Source: Iphione sp. A-MEVVRFRX5 (Eukaryota). Taken from it: a DNA stretch of 64,000 nt. Where the stretch lies: NCBI GenBank assembly GCA_976226885.1, contig OZ320316.1, positions 38,006,001 through 38,070,000 of the forward strand. The letters run 5' to 3'. This document shows positions 24,069 through 37,200 of this stretch, one piece after another. Position numbers and translations under genes: made by a program. The notes beneath the pieces are model-generated. The model did no database searches and was not told the origin of the DNA. It saw only the letters and a list, made by a program, of their open reading frames with translations. How positions within the stretch are numbered: the stretch's first letter is position 1; every line of letters starts with the position of its first letter.

Positions 24069-26039
24069 ACTAATAATAATTTCGCAGAAAAATTAACGGA
24101 AAAAGATTTTTTATGTGTATAAAGGCCGCGAAAGGCACAGCCCTGTGTTTGAAATTCTCATGTAGTGTAGGTTTTCCTCGAGTTGCAAGGACAGTGTATT
24201 CGTACACTGAATTTATTTGACTTGTAAAAAAAGCGACCTGCCATCATAAAAATCATAATTTTAAAAGTCATTTAGAACAACACTCCATTGGAGCAACGTA
24301 TGTGAATTGGAACATGCTTTTTTCTGTGTCTCGTCGGGCGAGCCGTATAATAGATACATGCGATATAAGAGATTACACAAAAGGACGGGCAGGCGATGCC
24401 AAGTGTAACATATAATTGACAAGATGTGGGTAGACGACGTGGACCTTTCCAGGAAGTGGATAACGCATACCACTGGCAGTATGCACAGGATAATCCATTC
24501 TCTACACGGCTATATTTGGAATTCGACAGTGAGCCTTATGAGGCCAAATATGGCAATTCTGTCGCTCATAGATTATTACATTTTGTCAGACCGAGGCACT
24601 GCTCCTTCCATGTGCCCTGCTTTCAAAACATCTTAGAAACCTTTCTTACCCGAAAGGTGTACACTTTATCATATAGAATTGGCTTCGAGGCTTTAGCAAT
24701 ATCACTTGAGTCAATGGCATGCAATATCAGTCAGTCCTTTCGATTTACATGTACATGTAGTCTTGATTTTGTTGTCCTCAAGTAGTTTGAAATTACCAGG
24801 GAACAGTTAGGAGTAAACCATCAAATGTGGGCACCTGAAGGACTGAGACAAACATTCCTCAAAAGTATGCTATGCTTTAGACAGTACATTTATTAGAATG
24901 CTGTTCCTACTAGTATAGAGGCATTGTTTTAGCTGTTGTTTGTTTTAGTTGTTTTGTTAAATTCTGTTGAGCATGTACAGTCAGCCCCTATAACCTACAA
25001 CTTGTCGTTGTATGTGATAACGTGTACATTGTCAATTTCTTTTTTGTAGAACTTTATTTATCCTGGCAATCCAGCGGTGACAGCGCATTCTGCATACAAT
25101 ATTTCTGGGTGTAATACCTATATACAAGTGAGCATATACAAAACCTTAAGCACTAAGTATATATATTATATACAAATTCAGGTGGATATAACTGTATTGA
25201 ATAGAGATATGAGTTACAGTGCAGTTTATGATTGAGATAACTATCTGTAGTACATTTCACGAGACTCTCCAGTTTTCACTACTCGTCCTGTTAAGCAAGA
25301 GAGTCTTGATATGTCTTTTAAATTGGATTTTTGGCAGAACCTTTATTTCTCTATTAAAGTTGTTCTAGAAGGAGATTGCAAAATAGATAGAGTTGTGTCT
25401 ATACATGCATAGCTTCAGTCTTTTATTGGAAATGCAGGGTTTCCTTCTTGCAGACTGTGTTTGTATTGTACAAAATCTAGTATGAAGAGTATATTGATGA
25501 AATAGGCCTCAGTTAAATTTTGTAAGTGTGTGGCCACTGAGTGAAAACCGAATCCATCGCGACTGACTAGCCTTACACAAACCCCAATGTCTACCTCCCC
25601 CCCCTCCCCACTGACTGCTCAAGGGTGGCCGTATTGAACTGGACTCAGATGGATTTTGGTCTTAGATGACCTTCCATGGCCCGATGCTAGATCAGCTTTC
25701 TGACACATGGAAACAGGAGACTGATAACCACTTTTTTGCAAATTGGCCGTACCGGTGGTCCGACGAATGGAAAAAGTCAAGATAGTTAACTGACACACAA
25801 AATGATTAGATTATGTTGCAGAACGGTGGTTCTCCAATACCTTCTACTTGGTTACAAATTGCCACAACTATAGAAGTATGATTCACGTTTTATTACATTC
25901 ACTGAATAGCATTATGTCTATTGGTGAAATCTATGTTAGAAATCTATGTACATGTACGTGTATCAGCATACAGTTAAGCAACAATAAGTTCACATTGGCA
26001 ACACATTCACTCGGTTTTCTTTAAAAAGGTTCTGTTAAA

Positions 26040-27950
26040 TGCTTGCACATAGCTCCTAGCAGCAGCAGTATATTTACAGCATAGTCAAGATGTGAGTCCC
26101 AGTGTCAGTCTCTCCTTTCTCCTTCCAAATGGCAACCACCTGACCCATAAATTCTCCGACCTTTCTCAATGCGACAAGGGGTGCTGGGTCCTCTTCCTCT
26201 TTGTTAGCCCGGATGTCACCATGCTCATCATCTGGTTCTATGGCAGCAACAAAGTTTAAAATGGTATCACTGCCTAGTTCTGAAGATATAGTAACAGGGA
26301 CGTGCCTGCCATCCGCTAGTCCCTATCCCTTGGTGATATCAGCTAAGAATAGACATTGGAGTTGATTGTTATTACATAATTTGGTGTCTATACATTGCAT
26401 AAGAGTGGTCATGTGGTTACTCTGGTAACCACTCTGGTAATTTTAATGGAGCAGCCAATCAGGAGGTTGCAGGAGTTATTTGTAGCAACAAGTTTAGACA
26501 GAATGTCTAGAAAGTGACTATTTTTACACCAGGAGCCAGACATATGTCTGGAATGGAGGCTATTTTTAGCAGGAAGTCCAGACAGTTGTCTAGACAGTTA
26601 CTACTTTTGGACACTCTTATGAACTCATTGTATCATGTAACCTATCTACAGGAGTACATAAGGATGTACCTTTTCCTGTAATAAACAGTTATTCTCTCAA
26701 TTGCACTATGAGAGAGCACCATTCCAGCAGGCTAATTTCTGCATTTGGAGTGAACCATATTTTATGATAGTTGTTATCATTTCACATCGCCTTCCTTGTC
26801 TGAGACCAAGCTCATGGCTTTACAATTACAATATCTCTGCCTCTTTGTCCACTGTTGTATAGTTAGGTGTACTTATGATGACCTCATCAGCCTCATCAGT
26901 AAGGATATCCTTGAATATATCCCTTAGATCATTGAGAGGAATATCAATCTCATCTAGATCTTGTGGATGGTCCTCACTTTGGAGAATGTCCGCATGACTC
27001 CAACACTTGGAGAGAGACATCTACATCCCATGCACAGTAGGTCATGTGAATAGCTCTCCGGATCTCTGCTTTATTTACTACACATTTCAGAAAATGCATA
27101 TCAGGCACCATCTGTAATGTGCTTTAATGCTACGATTATGCCGACATCTAAGGGCTGAAGAGGGAAGGTACCGTTGGGAGGAACCCAACTACTGGAGGTT
27201 GTGGTAGAATGGATGGGTCTACCTAAGCTGTTCCCCACACAAATAGTACAACTTGATACATGATCACCCACTGTAGCGGCGCTTTGCTATTTACGAAGAC
27301 ATGAACCTTGAGTGTCTTCCCAGAGTCCCGTACTTTTTTATCATTATGTCAACAGATAAGATGGCTCAATGACTTCGTACATTACTGAACAGCACAAGCC
27401 ACCCTTTCATGAATCCAAGCTGCTGGGTCGTTGGACTCAATAGGCCTGCCCTGATCATCAGGTAGGGAGAACCAGTGATCAGAGTGTTTGAGGATGTTAG
27501 GTATAGTGCTGCAGCCTATCAAATAACCCCGACAACTCCGACAACAGCCCCTCCTCAGCGATGCCGAGCTGGTTCATCTTATATCCGCATAGCGCCTTCT
27601 ACTGTTGGTTGATGACTGGAAACCTTGCTTTGGGAATAGATTTGGCTCTTTAAGCAGCTCAGGTGGTAGAATGAATGAGATGCATCCTGTTCTGGCTTCT
27701 ATATCTGCTCATACCTATTCTTCAGAAGTTCAACTCAAAGGGAAAATCACATGCAACACCTCCTATTGTCATGGTTTTAGGGCAACTACTAAGAGACCGT
27801 GTAACACTGGAAAGACATGGCACCTTCCGAGTCCCCAATATTGCTTCTTTTGTATGGAGTTGCATCACTCAGCCTTTCACCAATGCTTTATGGCACTAAG
27901 CTGGGCTTTCAATGTACACATATTTTTGTTTTTCGATATGCAATCAGGAC
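26040..27950 (-). mobile_element. Decayed pogo/Tigger (DDE_1) transposase remnant
   Basis: VGFLP...LQPLDVGIIVALK at about 27.19-27.12 kb is the canonical FLPPNxTSxLQPLDxGII motif. Upstream are LIGCSTIP, ESNDPAAWI and ADIEARTG (DETG-like). Acidic C-terminal pieces lie at 27020-26826 and about 26330-26050, separated by about 0.5 kb of unrelated sequence. Boundaries approximate. Confidence 0.8.
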
Positions 27951-28429
27951 ATACCGGAAAAGCGAAACATAGACAGTCACTAGGTCTCTACCCTTGTATC
28001 TTGACAACCTACATGAATGAATGACTGGAAAGCCTACCACGGGTTATGCATAATTAGTTGATTTCAAGCAAAAGCAGTTATCACCCTGGCCTCTAAGGCA
28101 TCAGTGTGTCTATCATATTGAATACATGTACATGGGTATTTCTTCAAATATCCCAGTCCCGGAGAATCGTTACGTAAGCCTACGTAAGACCCCCTATTGC
28201 TGGTACAGATCGGGGGTGGAGGTGTTTCAAAAGGGGGCAGAGAATGGTTGTTACTCGAATTGTCAGATATGAACCGACAATTTTGATGATCATATCTATA
28301 TTATGGCCCATCATTGCTGGAATGGGTGGGGAACACCCCATGACAGAGTTTGCGTGGTCGCACCGGGACATTACAATGGCTTTACTACGTCAACAGTATT
28401 GGCTTCAAACCCAGTCAGATCCTGCCTTC

Positions 28430-28757
28430 GGCAAAAAAATAGGTGTTTCTGGTAACAACCTGCCAAAAACCTAGGTAGGGAAGGAGGGTATCTTTTTTAA
28501 AAAAATTTTTCCACTGTCTTCCTCTGGTTTTCAATAATAGTAAAGACAACATGAAGAATTTTGACCAGTTTACAGTTTTTTGCTGACTTTCCATGGATTT
28601 TGTTGTTTTTCTAATGAATTTACTGAATTTGCTGTGAAAACATGTATCTAAGGAAATTCAGCCTTGGAAACTCTTTGGGCCAAAAATCTTTAGGTAGGGT
28701 AAGGTTTTACTAGGTAGGGTTGGGTTACCAGAAATACACCTATTTTTTGTTTTGGCC
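28430..28757. mobile_element. PIF/Harbinger-type MITE family B
   Basis: GGCAAAAAAATAGGTGTTTCTGGTAAC...GTTACCAGAAATACACCTATTTTTTGTTTTGGCC|TTA. Internal CCTAGGTAGGG motifs shared with 44696-44929. Confidence 0.8.
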
Positions 28758-28898
28758 TTATATTAGTCATGGCTCAGTCAGTTGTATCTGTACTGCACAT
28801 GCACTAGTGTAACAGCGCTGGATGGAATATGCGATTATTGTTGAGCATAGCAGTCACAATCAGTACATATAGCGAATATACATGTATATATTTATATA

Positions 28899-28950
28899 GT
28901 ATGTGTGTATAATGTCAAATATATATACATTTGACATTATACACACATAC
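28899..28950. repeat. Perfect 22-bp inverted repeat with 8-nt spacer
   Basis: GTATGTGTGTATAATGTCAAAT-atatatac-ATTTGACATTATACACACATAC. Confidence 0.95.
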
Positions 28951-31900
28951 AGAGAAATACATGTAACACAATTCCTGATTTATGTATTCGTGCGGAAAAA
29001 GTTCTAGGTAGGCTGGGCCTTGTACCTCCATCTGTGCTAAGCGCCTCTGATGTCGAGACCTTTTTCGAAATGTGTATGGCACGATCCTCAAGATTGTTGG
29101 AGCTGATTTATTTTTCTATTGATAGCTAACATTTGCAAGGGGACAACGCAGCGCCGCATGCATGAGAGGATGTGCATCTGCGTCATTTGCTAACGGGAGC
29201 AGAACCTTTCCGTCTTGGAACCCTGGAGTCATTCGTCAAAGTGACAGCGGGGATAACTTATAAATGTACCTTCTATTGGATATTCAGCTAACAGGAAGAC
29301 CCTTAAAGTCTAGATTCGTCGGCACTACGCACACGCCCTGATGCTGAGGACTGCATCAGATTCCACCAGAGTGATATTGGGGTGATACTGTCTGTCCTAT
29401 GATTTCTCTCCCCATTGTTGAAGCCTTGACCTACCAAGGCGCCTGTCGGGAAAGATCAATTCAAAGCTGTAGATACCCGCGGAATTTAATTCAGTCCGGA
29501 CGGTAGCTTCCCTTGTGGTTCATCCAGGTTACCCTCCATCGTAACCGAGCCCTCGAATTGTGCTCCGCATCACATGCAGCAGCACCTTATACCTGGACTG
29601 GTACAACTAGCTGACGCACAAAGTCTGTGTCATTGATCCGCCCTTCTATACAAATACTTTGGACAGGGTTGGATGTCAAGACACCAACGTTTTGAGCAAC
29701 CGCATCATGTTGGACCTTGTCACTTTGTCAATAGGGCTTAACTGATTTTCTCTCCTTTGTGGCCATTCTCGTTTTTGGCCTCCACCAGTACATACATTAT
29801 GAGGGAGGCGCGTAGTATTACTGATATTGTGTGGTCAGTCGGGCCTAAGCAACTAGGGATGACATGAATATGTCTGAGTACGCTTTGAGCACAATAGATA
29901 CATTTTGAACAATGGCGTGCAATTCCTAGACCGAGTCCATTTAGGTGTGAACATGTCTAAGTCCAACCTCGAAAGGTCATGAATTACTCAACATGCCCTC
30001 TTCCATGAGTGTGAGCTCCTTTTAGGTCTTTCAGGATGTTCAATAGAACCAGGAAACATTCGGGATCATAGTTTCAGTTCTGTAACTATATGATGTGAGA
30101 GTTGTCGTATGCTTTCGACATACCACAGAATGTGTCTCTCCTGCAAGTTTCACATATCATTTCATTATTACTATAGTTTTTACCCAGCGTCTGCTTTTGA
30201 GGTTTCAAAATATGTATGTATATATATCAAACACTCATATAGTTAGACATAAGAGAGTATTGTAATAATTGTAGAAATGATACACCAAAACAACAAGCAG
30301 GGTGACGTTTAAAAGATGGATTTAATGCTACGGCGGTGTTCACATGTATCTGTATTTTTCTCCGTCTACGCCTCTGTTACTGTAGTGTTTTTATTTGTTC
30401 TAAACTAAACCATTCATATGCGGCCGTATCCATATTTTTCTCCATCTCGAGACCGATAGACGTATTTCACAAAACCATCCACGACGGGTTTTCTACGGAT
30501 ACAGACACGCATTCCATAGCCCTCTATAGTGATGAGAAAGTGCTTAACATGGAAGTAATTGCCATCCATAGGGGCTCTCTACACCGTTGGACACATTAAT
30601 TTTTCTTACATGTACATGTGAACACCACCAAAGAGATTGTTGTCCGTAAGGTAAAGCCTTTCTTTTCAGTTCTTACAAATGTGTTTGTAAGGAAATCCTT
30701 TAAGATGGAGTATATGTTATCTATCACAAAAGACAACGCCGAGTCCGCTTCTCTCCCATTCTCATTACTAACAGTGACAAATAAGTTACATGTATGCTTA
30801 GGGTGAGCGCAGAATTTTATAAGTGAAAATATCACACTAATTGAATGCAAGTAACAAACAAATGACTAAAACTGCCATTTGTTCAGCATTCAAATGTCAA
30901 TTTCTGCAAAACCCAGTGGACGTTGATAGCCTTAGAAGAATTAATCATCCAGGAAAGTCAATCAACACTTTTGCTATCTCCGTCGGTTACTTCACAGATT
31001 ACTTATTCGCCGATAGCTCCGCCCTGCACAAGATGTCATACACATGTGCTTCTGGTATAGACAAGATGAAGTTTGTGTCAGCCTCAGATAGTCATCTTTC
31101 AAGCCCCACAAACTGAAAACTGCTAGATATAATATAAGCAAACTTACAACAGGTAACCTTTATTATGTGTTTTTCTGTAAATATAGGTCTTCATAATTGT
31201 ATCTGCAATAGGAGTAGGTGACTTCGATACATATTAGACATCTTTAATTGTCAATGCTTGCCCTCTGAAAGCCGCACTCTGATTGACCGGCCTAACTGTC
31301 ATGTCACAAAAAAGTAAATTGACTAATTATCCAAATATTTCCCGATATTTCCAGTTCTGACCAGTAGCATATTACAGTAAGTAGGGCATTTGTACACAAA
31401 AGTAATGATGTCTGACTGCCCATCAGATCCGCTTAAGAATGTTACAGGCATCGTTCTTGCCGTCAAGCTTTTGAGGTATTTTTTTCGAGCTATAATGTAC
31501 AATATAATAGTGTGGTATGTATGCATTTACGAATTAACTATTTAGTTTATATGCAGGTAACTAGGTACTAGGTATATGGAGGTAAATAATTTTCTTCTAA
31601 GATATTAATTTTGCTCCCTCCTTGAAAATGACTTTGATCCATTTTTTTACATTAAAACATCTGGAAAGTCCAATTTCTCCATGTAATAAATATTTCTGAT
31701 TTTGACGCCGCAGTCAATAAAGATTGATTGTACATGTGTAATTTAATAAGGACAAAGGAAAGAAATTCCTTCTAGGCCTATTCATGTTCCATTCAAGTTT
31801 ATTGCATTGGAAGGCTGGCTTTGACAGTGGAAGACATATATCCATTACAGCTAATTTAATTCATACGATTTCGCTATGTTCTCTTTCTGCACCGCTTTCC

Positions 31901-33990
31901 GAATCGCTGAGTTTTGAAGGAGTGCAAATCTTTTGATAACTGCCTGCCAGGGGATGCTCCCCTGTCTGTTATTGATAATTTCTAGCCCTCACACTTTGGG
32001 AATGATGAACATTCTTCCTTATCTAAGTGGCCATACATATTCCTGTCCTCCTTGGTGTGTCCGGTCATACACCATCGATATTATTCTATTGCTCCTCATC
32101 TATGTCGGATCACACCTACATAATATTCCTCCGGGCCTTCAGGGGATTCTCTTACATCTCAGCGTTAATCTGTGAGATCTGAGCTGTAGATCTCAGATTC
32201 GTGAACGCTTCACTATTGTCATTAGCGAACAGGGTTAACATTCTGTATTGAGGGGAAGGCAATGGTATGGCCATGTTACCTCTGCCCTCCTTCCTGCGCA
32301 CGTTATACATCTGCCTCCTGGGGCAAATATGACAAAAGAACTGTGTTAATTCTTTAAAATTAATGTCAGAGAATAGAATAGAGTCTTGTTGTCAAAAGTG
32401 AGGCATACCGGTGGAAAGTTTGGGTCATTTTGTAAAATGTGAGGCATATTGGTGGAAATTGTTGACCTTTTTGTGCAAATGATATGCAAATTTTAAAGAA
32501 CTACATATGTTAGCATTTAACATATGTTTTTAATGTCTTAAATGTCTATTCCCAGCATGCACAAGGTGGTGTGGTCTGGGCAGACCAGACCATCTCTGAT
32601 TGGCCTGCACACATGCGGTGGTGGATCCAGGTAGTCTGCACACATGGGGATAGTTCTATTCAAATGCCCATGAGCGGTCTTTCCATGGTCCATGCCACCA
32701 GGGGCCGGTCTGGACCATTCGTAGATTCTTAGCGGCTGTCAGATAAAACTCACTTCTTTAAAATGCATTTCATGTCTTGCTGCCGTGAACTCATTCCCTA
32801 ATCTTGACAGGTAGGTTGGCGGACAGCACAGGTGATTGTTGGATACACATATCGATTGGCGAGTATTTAAATGGTAAGCATATGGCCTCACATCTGAAAT
32901 TAACACCTCATGGAGAGGTTTGCTTTCCTACCATCAACAATAGCCGCAGGCTCAGATAAGCCTAAGGCCTTTCCTGTTCATGTTCCTTGACGAATCTTGA
33001 CGTGGTGTTGGCTGCAGCTATCTACAACCTACCATTTATTTTGTTTATATTGCACTCATCTAAAGAAATGAAGTGTGAACACTATTTAAGTGAATATGAT
33101 AGCGAGCGTGCCTAACTCCAGTGTCTAATATTCATTGAAATGATACAGAACATAAACACTTTGGTCTGTGTTGCGTTGCTATGAAAAGGAGTGCATCATA
33201 GTACAACTTAGAGTAAAATGGTCATTTGTCCTCCTGCCACGGGTCAATTTGCCTTGATCTAACTCTTTTGTTAACAATTGATATTTATGTTTGTCATTGT
33301 ACCTACTCATACCATCGCCTAATGGCCTGCTATAACAGACATAATTGCAATAAAGACTAAATACAGCAAAAGTAGAACGCGTTACTTATTGTGTCGTCAT
33401 TTAAAGCATGTGGGCTGTTCTATTTGATATATTATACACATGCAGGCACGTTGGAATATTATCTTGACGAGGATATGCTGCTGACAGCTCGACGGCTCAA
33501 GGTCAATGTCTATTGTCAAAATATAAACGTAGGAAACGGGCAAGCAGGTGCGCATGATCGATGCTTTAATGCTATGCCTTTAGCTATTTTACAACGGTTC
33601 ATTTTGGTTACATGTAGTCCAACGGTACACGCACCAAAACCAGCCGCCAGTTTATCAATTCATGCATAGATACATATATCCCTACCCGCACTATGTATTT
33701 TAAAACCAAGCTGACAAATATGCTTCATTCCACGTAATCATACATTTTGGAAAATAGGTTAACAGTATTGGTCAAATTCAACCATGCCACACTACACTAT
33801 TGCTGAAGAATACCACATAGAATTTACTACAGATCGCAAATTGATTCATCGTGTAATTGATGCCCCAATAAATAAAGAATGGATTAATTGTAGTGACGAA
33901 TCTTAAAACAAAAATACAGGATCGTGAGCAACATTACATAATCCTTAGAACTCTAATACTAGCACCCCCCCAACAACAGCAAAGACTCAC

Positions 33991-34297
33991 CTAGACCAGG
34001 TAGCAGAATGTTGCACACGAGGCAGGTGATGGCCAGAGCACGTGGCATGTCCGGGATGGAGTCCTTCAAGTTGTTATCGGAGGCGTCGGACAGGTGCTGC
34101 ACCTCCACGGTGCGCTGGATGACCACCGACTGGTGGTGGACGGCCGGCGCCTTGTAGCCCGGCATCACCGGCCGCCAGCCTTCGTTGTAGTTCAGGTGGC
34201 ATGGCGAGCGCGGTGATTTGGGATGGCGCGGCGACGGCTTCGGCGACGCCCGCGGCGACGTCGGCGACGTCGTGCCAGCACTGTATATGATCTGCAT
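33991..34297 (-). CDS. stum: SPEC3/Stum-family membrane protein, coding exon 1 (MQIIYSAG...IPDMPRALAITCLVCNILLPGL)
   Basis: ATG at 34297, with an in-frame TGA shortly upstream. The frame ends IPDMPRALAITCLVCNILLPGL, matching the recalled Stum/SPEC3 signature IPxMPxxxAxxCLxxNxxxPGLG. A donor CTAG|GTGAGT falls exactly after PGL+G (phase 1). The family is recognised; one-to-one orthology to stum is not established. Confidence 0.88.
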
Positions 34298-37200
34298 CGT
34301 CGAGCTGTCGACGGCGATGATGGCGACGTCGGTTATATTAGGTCCGCTTCTAGTAAGAAGCTCATTCGTGCATACTCATGCTATAGCTTGCTATTGCCTT
34401 TTTCTGTCGCTCTTGCCTGTGTGGATCGAATGGATCTCTTCTTCTTGTTGACTTTCAGACCAAGTCTTGATCAGAATTTGTTTAATTATCGACAAATGAA
34501 TTTTAGTACTTGTCCTGGTTTCCAAACAAAGCGATATTGTAACACGCCTTACAATATTGTCTCTAGATTGTAAAGTAAAAAGGTTATATACATGATTAAA
34601 CGTGTTTCGCGGTCAGCAGATGCAAGGCTTGGGTTGTCATATGTGTTCTACGAAACGTATCTATATATAGGCCTACTGCGTATCAGTACCTGATTCCAAA
34701 CACAGATGGCCAGTCTTGCCAATGTATCACAAAAGTGCGGTCTTGTGTCCATATGTTAGTAATCGCCAGCGGCTCGACAGATTGAATTGGAACCTATTTA
34801 CCCATGAACGTCTCCTCCTGCCCTGCCGCCGCCAACTCTCCTGGTACCTAGAGCTGCTCTCATTTGCTCGCTGATACAATGAAATCACCGTTCTACTCCT
34901 GCATGGGTCTGAAGCCCGTCAGCCATGGGAGGTGGTGGTGGTGGTGGTTGTGGCATTAGGCGCGCACTTTAAAGGGCAGCTCTGACACTCCCCTCTCCTT
35001 GACCATCGTGGGCTCCGTCGTTGTCAACCACCAACACGGTCCTCCAGGGCGTCCGTTAACTTGGCAAGCAGCTCACCACGCCAGCAGGCGCGTCTCAGTC
35101 ATCAGCGGCGTCAGGCTGAAGCCACCACTGGGATACCACGTGCGGAAGCCATGAGTGTCTGTACTGGTTTCCGCCTGGATTAACGGCCGAAGACGCGAGG
35201 TGGGGTGACGGCTGAGGCGATGCCAACAGCAGCTGACAGTCGGGCGGCTATCTCTAACGTGTCACCTCCGCGCGGTGGCGGAGACGGCGGCGGCTGTGCG
35301 CGCGTGGCAGCACGTATAGCTGGCACTAACGTGCAAGGAGGAGATGGAGGAGGCGGCGCACTCATCTGTGCTAGCGCTGGTCTGGGATGGCCGCCCGCCG
35401 CGTCCTGCGTGGATATAGGCCCCTCACATCGACCACTCCACACAATCACATATCACCGATCACCGCACAGGTTGACGCCCAGCCGGCCAGCCTTGCCAGC
35501 CAGCCAGACAGCTGCCCTGGAGGCCATCTGCTGCCGCTCCTGCTTCAATATTTCTATTCGTCCCTGTTGGGTCCCGCGCGCGGTAGTGCTAACCAGTGGG
35601 ATATCACATAGTCCAAATGCAGCTGCATGCAGATGACCACCTTTTGCAAATTAGGAATCACAGCACGAAACCTTGTCCTTCTAAAGTTTTTTTTATGAAC
35701 CTCTAAGAAAATTGGTGCTGACGAACCAAGCTGAGTCGATTATCACCGTCAGAAAACATAGAAAGTGAAGGAGCTAGGACAAGGCAGTGTGACCAGTAAC
35801 TGCCATCGTGACGATCAATAGAGAGTGGATGTGATGTACTCATCCTCTCTTAACAGATCGCCTCACATATGGCGCCTCCGGCAGCCCACGTCTCACACTG
35901 GTACATACTCCATTGACCAGGGACTCCTTAGTGCTTGGTCTTATTGAACTCCATTCCCAACCTATGGGATTTGTTGAGGTTTTATGACCCGTTAGGCCAG
36001 ACTGCCGCGGTCCCTGGACGGAGAGATTTGCTGGAGCTGGCTCTGCTTTAACATGCTGGGCTCGTGACCACCGCCCGCCGATCCTGGCCAGCTAAAAGGC
36101 CCGTATTAGTAGCCCACTCAGCCTCGGATCCCTCCTGTGAGTGGGCGCTCCCGAAACCTGGAACCGAAAGCAGACCAAACACTGTGACAATGCATATCAC
36201 TTAAAGTAGGCGACCGGTCCTCTCAGTCCTAGTGGTCCATTTACCATCCTCTCTTTATCGTTTACACACTTTGTGGCACCAAGGTGGACAGAGAGAAAGA
36301 GAGAGAGCAAGGGAGATACAGAGCAGCCTCGCAGGATAGATTATTTTCCAAACTGACTCGGTTAAACTCTACCGTGAATATACTAACACTAGCAGGAGAG
36401 AGTTATTTCACATTTACTCGGCAGCAAAGGCCCATCTCCATACTACTAATAGCAAAACAATCACACTTGCAGATTGACTTTAGGTTAAAATCGAAGCCCT
36501 GTAGCAGTTCAAAAGCCGCAAAATATGTGTATCAACTCTACATTGATGAAATCTTCATCGATAATGAAATGTGAGACCCATTGACAAACGCTATGATTAG
36601 TGTTTTAATTAACATCTATAAAGTCTAAGGATCTCAAAGATTATTGACCTACACGTAATACTTTGTCCGTGTTCACAATCAAGTACGATTATGATTTGAT
36701 ACACATTATACTGAAAGACTTCATAAGCAGGGTACTAAAACTTTTAAAATCATGCACAAGGATATAGGGAAAACACAGCATGTTTTGATACACAATGTAC
36801 CAGACATTTCGATATCATAAAATATTGGATGTATGCGTGTATTTAAAAACATGTTCTGCATGACTATCGTCCAAAGACCCTTCATTAGCAAAGGATGAAT
36901 ACCATTATGGTTTTTATTGCTATGCAATACTTACGCAGCTGTGGCTATCGTGACCCTGCCATGCGGAATATTCTTGCATAATGTGTTGTTTTTATATTAA
37001 AGCAAAGGAGAGAGGGAGGGAAGGAGGGCCTGTAATGTGAATCTCTACACTAGCATTTAAAATATTACAGAGAAAGAATCTCATGCTCCAAACCTAACTA
37101 ACAGGGTGTGACAAAACGGAAAATTAAAATATTACGTTACCACCACGGGATTAAAGTAAACATACCTGTAGAATGTGTTTATATATCACGTATATCAAAT

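Noticed and set aside
36090-36215. HDV-like ribozyme around the CCCACTCA/TGAGTGGG stem
   Set aside because: A P1-like stem and a possible P3 can be drawn, but there is no GG for P1.1 and only a 4-bp P2 candidate, so the topology is not satisfied.
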